DNA of 52,328 bases, from NCBI GenBank assembly GCA_947626235.1, contig CANQRI010000001.1, positions 1-52,328 on the forward strand, written 5' to 3'. The stretch's first letter is position 1. The number at the start of each line of letters is the position of its first letter. This document shows positions 46,415-52,328 of this stretch, piece after piece. The notes under the pieces are model-generated. The model did not search any database. It was not told where the DNA came from and saw only the letters and a program-made list of their open reading frames with translations. The DNA is from an uncultured Clostridia bacterium. GTDB taxonomy: Bacteria; Bacillota; Clostridia; TANB77; CAG-508. A program made the position numbers and the translations under genes.

Positions 46415-48319
46415 TGTGATAACATACATTGCATGTGACCAACCTAAACCTATTACCCATTTAGACTGCATTGTACTATTGTCTATTTGTTCTGCTAAAA
46501 ATCCATGTTTTGTAGCTGTGTTTGTAACGAAATCTATACATTTTTGTGCTTCTTCTCTATTTCCTACTCTTAAATAATATATTGCCATCCATAAAGTGGC
46601 TATTGGCCATGGATTTTTTCCTCCTAAATATGAATCATTTTCATACCTTAAGTATCCACCTGTATATGTTCTTAATGTTAAATTTATTTTCTCTACCGTG
46701 TTTTTTATTTCTTTATCATTTAAGTCCATCATTTTAAATGGAACCACTGTAGCTAAAACGCTTACATCTGAATAGTTATCTTTATTATTTCTTTTTAATG
46801 TTGCAGATTCTTTATCACATAAATTTCCTAAACAATATTGTTTTATATCTTTAGCGTATTTCTGCATCTCATCTATTTTTTCATCTTTTTCTAATTTCTT
46901 ATAAATTCTAGCCATATAATCAAATGCAGAATATATTGCAGACATTGAATATAAATGTACACCTTCATAATTTTCCCATAAATCATAGCTTTCATGTTTT
47001 GAGAAAAAATCTTCCTGCTTTTTATCTTTTAAATTATTTTTATCTTCGCTCTTTTCATTATTTTTTCCATATACCACATTGTCTATATATTTCTTTAAGG
47101 CTTCTATTGCTTTTTCACACATTTCCACCGTATCTTTTAAAAATTCCAAATTTCTTGTACGAATATAATGCTCATATACGCCATATATTATACTTGCAGT
47201 TTCATCTATTTGATAACCCCAACAAGGTGCTAATTTACAGTCTGTGTAAAAACGTTGTTCCCACATTCCATTATCACTTTGTGTATTTTTACTAAATATT
47301 TTATAAAACTTTTCTACTTCTTTATTCATATTAAGAAGTTCTAATGCTCTATTTATAAATACAGCATCTCTTGGCCAGCAATATGAATATCTTCCACTTT
47401 TATCTTTTTTTTCATCAACTTCTAATGCCGCAGATATTCCACCAGTTTTACTATTTAATAATAATGGAAATAATAAAATGCTCCTTACATATATTTTCTT
47501 CATATCTTCTGTTATTTCTTTTATATTTGAATCATCTAATAATTTAAGTCCATCATGGTCTTTTACATATTTTCTCCAATATTTCTTGGTTTGTTCTAAT
47601 TCTGTATTTACATTCATTTCTCTTATTTTATTAACATTTTTTTCTATATCATCAAATCTAAAAAATCTATCTCTGTTGCTGTTTATGTATATAAATAATT
47701 CAAATTCTTTTGTTTGCCCTGGTTCAAATTTTCCTAAATCAAAACTAACTGCAGAATCATTTTGCATTGCTACAAAATCTTTATCTTCTAAAACTCCACT
47801 TTTTATTTCTTGCTCACTATTGTTTAATTTATATGATAGTATTGGGGTTTTAGAAAATATACAAAATGTGTAGTTATGACTATATTGCATAAATATATTA
47901 TCATCTATTTTGGTTCCAACCATATTGTTAAAACTTGAAAGTAACTTTGAATACACTAAAAAATTAATATTTAAATCTATTGAATTGTTATTTGTAAGTA
48001 TATATTTTTTTATTATTACATCTTGCTTTACAGATACAAAATCTGTTTGCAAAATGTCTAATTTGAAGTAAGTATTCTCTATTCTAGTATTTAATACATT
48101 TGTATTTTCTGAATAATATTGGTCATATATATTATTGATATCATCATGAAGATATATGTTGTTAGAGTCATTAACTTTTACTCCTGTATAAAAAGTGTCT
48201 ACAAATTGTCTACAATCTCTAGTTGGGTAAAATAATCTTAAAAGCTCACCTTTTTTACTAAAACTTATAACTATATCATCATTCCCTATTATTGCTTCAT
48301 TTAAATACTTATTATTCAT
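46385..48319 (-). CDS. Glycoside hydrolase family 15 (glucoamylase/glucodextranase-like)
   Basis: YCWPRDAVFINRAL and YDLWENYEGVHLYSMSAIYSAF (catalytic region), plus an (alpha/alpha)6-type C-terminus. The last ~10 codons (LSQLGTVPN*) lie in the REP palindrome. Confidence 0.8.
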   Translation of the reverse strand: MNNKYLNEAIIGNDDIVISFSKKGELLRLFYPTRDCRQFVDTFYTGVKVNDSNNIYLHDDINNIYDQYYSENTNVLNTRIENTYFKLDILQTDFVSVKQDVIIKKYILTNNNSIDLNINFLVYSKLLSSFNNMVGTKIDDNIFMQYSHNYTFCIFSKTPILSYKLNNSEQEIKSGVLEDKDFVAMQNDSAVSFDLGKFEPGQTKEFELFIYINSNRDRFFRFDDIEKNVNKIREMNVNTELEQTKKYWRKYVKDHDGLKLLDDSNIKEITEDMKKIYVRSILLFPLLLNSKTGGISAALEVDEKKDKSGRYSYCWPRDAVFINRALELLNMNKEVEKFYKIFSKNTQSDNGMWEQRFYTDCKLAPCWGYQIDETASIIYGVYEHYIRTRNLEFLKDTVEMCEKAIEALKKYIDNVVYGKNNEKSEDKNNLKDKKQEDFFSKHESYDLWENYEGVHLYSMSAIYSAFDYMARIYKKLEKDEKIDEMQKYAKDIKQYCLGNLCDKESATLKRNNKDNYSDVSVLATVVPFKMMDLNDKEIKNTVEKINLTLRTYTGGYLRYENDSYLGGKNPWPIATLWMAIYYLRVGNREEAQKCIDFVTNTATKHGFLAEQIDNSTMQSKWVIGLGWSHAMYVITLSQLGTVPN

Positions 48320-49977
48320 TTGCTAGATTCCTCCACAATTTTTACTATTTGCTGTTCTAATTCTTTAATTCTATTGTTTAACGTTACAATTTTATCATCT
48401 CTAACATCCTCGCCTAACATTTCTTCTTGTACTATTGTAGACATATCTTCTAATTCTTCTTTTAAAGTCTGAATTCTTCCTAATACTTCTAATCTTATAT
48501 ATTGTTCTTCTCTTACTTTTGCTTCTTTTATTCTTCCTAATCTATTTACTTGTTCTTCTAGCTCATATTGCTCACCATATTCTGGTATTATTACTGGAAT
48601 TCCTGTTGAACCTTGGATTTTTTGTTTTAATATTATTTGACCTTCTGGTTCGCCATGTACTAAAAATATTGTTTTTGGCTTACTTATAAATGAATACACA
48701 AAATTCATAAGCCATTCTTGGTCTGCGTGTCCTGAATAGCCTTCTATATATTCTATTCTAGCATTTACTGAAAGCTCATCGCCAAATATTTTTACTGTTT
48801 TAGCACCATCTACAATTTTTCTACCTAAAGTTCCTGGAGCTTGGTAGCCAACAAATAATATTGTACTATTAGGATCCCAAATATGATGTTTTAAATGATG
48901 TTTTATTCTTCCTACCTCACACATACCACTTGCAGATATTATTATCGATGGCTCATTACTTTCATTTAATGCTCTAGACTCATCTGCTGTTCTTGTAAAC
49001 TCTAACCCTCTAAATTCAAGTGGATTATCGCCACTATTTATTAATTCTTGAGTTTCTTCATCAAATAAATCTTGATTCTCTTTAAATATTTCTGTTGCAG
49101 AAATTGCAAGAGGACTATCTACATATACCTTTGTTTGCATTATTTTTTCGTATTTTTTATTAAACTCCTCATCATGTTTTTTATCTTTTAATGAATTTAT
49201 TTCATATAAAATTTCTTGTGTTCTTCCTACTGCAAATGATGGTATAACTACTGTTCCGCCTTTTTCCAATGTTTCGTATACAATGTCTAAAAACATTTCA
49301 GCTTTATTTTCATTTCTCATATGTAATCTACCACCATATGTTGATTCCATTACTAAGTAATCTGCATCATCTATCATTGTTGGTGAAGATAAAAGTGGTA
49401 TATCATTATTTCCTAAATCACCTGTAAATACAGCTTTTGTTCTTTTTCCGTTTTCATCTGCCCAAACTTCTATTATGCTTGAACCTAACATGTGCCCTGC
49501 ATCATTAAAACGAACATGTATATTTTCGTCTATATCCACTATTTCATCATATTTTACTGGTTCAAATATTTCCAATGATTTTAATGCTTCTTCAGCAGTA
49601 TATAATGGTGGTATTGGATCTAACCCTTTACGTATTCTTTTTTTATTTTTCCATTGAATTTCCATTTCTTGAATGTGTCCACTATCTGGTAACATTATTG
49701 AACATAAGTCGCATGTAGCTTTTGTTGCATAAATTTTTCCTCTAAACCCTTCATTATACAATTTAGGAATTCTTCCTGAATGGTCTATATGCGCATGGGT
49801 AAGTAACATGAAGTCTATTTCATTTACATCAAATGCAAATGGAGCTGAATTTTCCCATTCATTTTCTGCTTCTCCTTGATACATACCACAATCTACAATA
49901 AATTTTTTACCTGAAGCTTCCACTAAAAAGTTAGAGCCTGTTACAGTTTTGGTTGCACCTAAAAAAGTAATTTTCAT
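48316..49977 (-). CDS. MBL-fold metallo-hydrolase of the beta-CASP type (RNA-metabolising) with a coiled-coil tail
   Basis: LLTHAHIDHSGRIP, a beta-CASP region, and a GHADQ motif near the C-terminus of the core. Its stop overlaps the GH15 start (ATGA). Confidence 0.8.
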   Translation of the reverse strand: MKITFLGATKTVTGSNFLVEASGKKFIVDCGMYQGEAENEWENSAPFAFDVNEIDFMLLTHAHIDHSGRIPKLYNEGFRGKIYATKATCDLCSIMLPDSGHIQEMEIQWKNKKRIRKGLDPIPPLYTAEEALKSLEIFEPVKYDEIVDIDENIHVRFNDAGHMLGSSIIEVWADENGKRTKAVFTGDLGNNDIPLLSSPTMIDDADYLVMESTYGGRLHMRNENKAEMFLDIVYETLEKGGTVVIPSFAVGRTQEILYEINSLKDKKHDEEFNKKYEKIMQTKVYVDSPLAISATEIFKENQDLFDEETQELINSGDNPLEFRGLEFTRTADESRALNESNEPSIIISASGMCEVGRIKHHLKHHIWDPNSTILFVGYQAPGTLGRKIVDGAKTVKIFGDELSVNARIEYIEGYSGHADQEWLMNFVYSFISKPKTIFLVHGEPEGQIILKQKIQGSTGIPVIIPEYGEQYELEEQVNRLGRIKEAKVREEQYIRLEVLGRIQTLKEELEDMSTIVQEEMLGEDVRDDKIVTLNNRIKELEQQIVKIVEESSK

Positions 49978-49980
49978 AAT

Positions 49981-50075
49981 TTATATTTTCCTTTCCTTGG
50001 TTTTTATATGAATTTTTATTATTAAATTTTCCTTTGTTTTTATATGATTTTTAATTATTGAAATTTCCTTTGTTT
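49981..50075. repeat. About 2.5 tandem copies of a ~40-bp leader segment carrying an SD-like AAAGGAAA
   Basis: ATTTTCCTTTCCTTGGTTTTTATATGAATTTTTATTATTAA, then ATTTTCCTTTGTTTTTATATGATTTTTAATTATTGAA, then ATTTCCTTTGTTTA. Confidence 0.7.
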
Positions 50076-51717
50076 ATCTAATCCATAATTTTATTTTTTT
50101 CTTTAATTTCACTATTAATTCTGTTTCTTCTTTTATTTCTATTTGTACTGTTTTATCGTGTATATTGCCATCGTACATTTCAACCAACAATATTCCTTCT
50201 TCATATTTTAAAACTATTATTATATTTTGTAGTTTCATTATTCTAGACTCAAATATATTTTTTAGTATTTCGTTATTTATATTTTCATTTTCACTAAATT
50301 TTGTTAATATTTTCATCTCACAAGCTTTTTCTATAATAAGATTTTCAGTTTCTTCTAACTCTAATTCATATATTTTAGTTTCTTGCATTTTTTCTGGCAA
50401 TAATTTGAAATATCTTAATTCATAAATTAGCTTTTCTATTTCTTCCCTTTTAGTTGCATTTTCTATTCTTATTTTAAAGCATTTTAAAAATACTTTTTTT
50501 AGCTCTGCTAATTTTTCTCTTTCATTTTTAGCTTTATTTTGCTTTTCTTTATCCAATTTTAAATCTTCGTAAAATTGAATTGCCTTTAACACTTTTTCTT
50601 TCTTTGCTAAAAATTCTTTTGGCTCTATTAATTTGTTTAATTTCTTTATCTCTTCCAAAAGGCCAGTTCTTTGTTTTTCAAGCATTATGCCTAAATGACT
50701 TACACTGAAAATTTTATCTTTATTCTCTAATTTTTTATTTCTTTCTTCATATTCTTTTCTCAAAGCAAATTGATCATTTAATAATTTATCTATTTTTTTA
50801 ATTTCTTTATTTATGTTCTTTTTCTTTAAAGAAATATCCTCTAAAAAGATTTTATTATTTTGCATTTTTTCTAACTTTTCTTTTTCTTCTAAATATTTCT
50901 TTATAATTGTTTCCTTATATTTTGGATTTTTATTAGCATATATAACAATAATATTTTCTATAAATATTTTCCAAAATTCTAAATATAACTCTTCACCAAA
51001 TTCTTCTTTTAACTTTGTTTGCATAATTTCTATGTAGTCTATATCTTCTTCATCTTTAGTTTCACTTACAGTTAACCCAAAACTATTGTTATATTTACTT
51101 CTTAATATTTCATTATTTGGTATATATTCTTCATCATCACTTTCTTTAATATCATCTAATATTTCGTCCATAAATTCATTCTTATATAATATAAGTAAAA
51201 TTTGAAATATTGTATTATAATTTATATTATCCATATCTTTTAATGGAGTGTCCCATGACCAACCATTAAAGTCCCTTATGGTTTCTACTTGATTCATTCT
51301 ATTTCCTTGAATAAGCATTTCTTTTAAAGGTGCTTCTATTAGCTCATATTTTTTATCAAATGCTATTTCATTTTGTGATAGCTCTATTATTGCTTCAAGT
51401 AAAACATTTTCATTTTGTAATACTTTTATTGCACCGCTTTCTCTGTTTAATGTATACACTTTTTTATCTATATTTCTTATGAATTCAATAGAATGGCATT
51501 TTTCATCAATTATTCGTATTATTTTTTTCAAAAACTCTTTTTTAGTACATACATTAGTTTTTACTGTTATATAATCTTCATATGCATTTTCTATTTTATA
51601 AAACATGCTTAACAGAAGATTTTTTACATCTTCTGAAAAGTTTTTATTTTCTAAAATTCTTTCTAAAACATTATTATAATCTTTTAAATTTATTTTTGAA
51701 AAAATATCTTTTGACAT
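50074..51717 (-). CDS. Hypothetical 547-aa K/E-rich protein
   Basis: A long ORF immediately downstream of ftsK. I recognise no motif. The central ~200 aa are coiled-coil-like. Confidence 0.5.
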   Translation of the reverse strand: MSKDIFSKINLKDYNNVLERILENKNFSEDVKNLLLSMFYKIENAYEDYITVKTNVCTKKEFLKKIIRIIDEKCHSIEFIRNIDKKVYTLNRESGAIKVLQNENVLLEAIIELSQNEIAFDKKYELIEAPLKEMLIQGNRMNQVETIRDFNGWSWDTPLKDMDNINYNTIFQILLILYKNEFMDEILDDIKESDDEEYIPNNEILRSKYNNSFGLTVSETKDEEDIDYIEIMQTKLKEEFGEELYLEFWKIFIENIIVIYANKNPKYKETIIKKYLEEKEKLEKMQNNKIFLEDISLKKKNINKEIKKIDKLLNDQFALRKEYEERNKKLENKDKIFSVSHLGIMLEKQRTGLLEEIKKLNKLIEPKEFLAKKEKVLKAIQFYEDLKLDKEKQNKAKNEREKLAELKKVFLKCFKIRIENATKREEIEKLIYELRYFKLLPEKMQETKIYELELEETENLIIEKACEMKILTKFSENENINNEILKNIFESRIMKLQNIIIVLKYEEGILLVEMYDGNIHDKTVQIEIKEETELIVKLKKKIKLWIR

Positions 51718-51746
51718 TATTACCTCTCTTTTTCTTAAGTTTTATT

Positions 51747-52328
51747 TTATGATTCTTCTGTTGCAGATGGAGTTGTTGCCATTTTTAATTCTGCTAACCT
51801 TTCTTTTGTAAGTAATACTTCTCTTGGTTTACTTCCCTGATATCCTGAAATAACTCCTCTTTCTTCCATTTGGTCTATTATTCTTCCTGCTCTTGCATAA
51901 CCAACTTTAAATCTTCTTTGTATAAATGATGTTGATGCTTGCCCTGTTTCAACTACAACATCTATTGCCTCCATTAATAATGGATCTGTATCATCTCCAT
52001 CTTCTGCTTCACTATCCATTTCTCTATCTGTTTTACTTGAATTTTCTATACTATCAATAATGTCTTCACTATATTTTGCCTCTCCATTTGCTTTCAAGAA
52101 ATCTACTATTTTTTCAACTTCTGAATCTGATACAAATGCACCCTGTATTCTTACTGGTTTTGGTGCACCTGATGGATAGAATAACATATCTCCTTTTCCA
52201 AGTAATTTTTCAGCTCCTACCATATCTAATATTGTTCTTGAATCTACTTGTGATGATACTGCGAATGCTATTCTTGAAGGTATATTTGCTTTAATTATAC
52301 CTGTAATAACATCAACAGATGGCCTTTG
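51747..52328 (-). CDS. ftsK: DNA translocase FtsK/SpoIIIE, C-terminal part (runs off the right edge)
   Basis: The frame stays open to the edge: [49 protein letters not shown]. The gamma winged-helix reads [31 protein letters not shown]. Confidence 0.9.
   Translation of the reverse strand, partial: QRPSVDVITGIIKANIPSRIAFAVSSQVDSRTILDMVGAEKLLGKGDMLFYPSGAPKPVRIQGAFVSDSEVEKIVDFLKANGEAKYSEDIIDSIENSSKTDREMDSEAEDGDDTDPLLMEAIDVVVETGQASTSFIQRRFKVGYARAGRIIDQMEERGVISGYQGSKPREVLLTKERLAELKMATTPSATEES

Noticed and set aside
46371-46577. 68-aa plus-strand ORF MSHSSQLGTVPNWDNV...
   Set aside because: It begins inside the REP palindrome and runs antisense to the GH15 gene, so it is an artefact of palindrome symmetry.

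Overview
Low-GC chromosomal segment (by eye about 25-30% G+C) from an endospore-forming Firmicute, probably Clostridia-like. The markers for that are spoVG, spoIVB, pro-sigma-K, disA-radA and ftsK/spoIIIE. About 50 genes are present and almost all lie on the minus strand; only murC, tspO and a DUF368 gene are on plus. Most of the window is recognisable housekeeping: murC, truA, cdaA, tRNA-Glu, mrnC, rbgA, ireB-ruvX-DUF1292, a U32 peptidase/O-methyltransferase pair, typA, an S1 protein, plsC, cmk, dCMP deaminase, a cyclophilin, disA, radA, a GH15 enzyme and a beta-CASP MBL hydrolase. Six things stand out. (1) A 12.4-kb, 13-gene minus-strand operon (3575-15943) looks like a Tad/Epd-type type IV filament machine: a CpaB-like protein, two degenerate ParA/MinD proteins, a CpaF/TadA-class ATPase and a double-T2SSF platform. 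Its subunits are non-canonical: five paralogues with MEN(A/T)-hydrophobic N-termini. I see no Flp pilin and no prepilin peptidase, and the ATPase has a 1-nt frameshift exactly in its Walker A loop. This is my best candidate for an undescribed system. (2) A second locus (25707-30481) encodes a 1070-aa TadZ/CpaE-like protein. It has a receiver-like N-terminus, two AT-hooks, 33-bp and 63-bp coding tandem repeats and a degenerate ParA domain. It is flanked by a degenerate GGDEF protein and a small membrane protein. (3) An IS200-like/RAYT tyrosine-transposase gene is bracketed by inverted copies of a GGGGAC-core palindrome. (4) A second family of long palindromic MITE-like elements has three copies, each abutting a stop codon. 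(5) A single-polypeptide McrB-N-like + DUF3883 nuclease-like protein is a candidate modification-dependent restriction factor. (6) A membrane protein carries a CCNCRNC cysteine-repeat tail. All functional calls come from motif recognition by eye; no database search was run.
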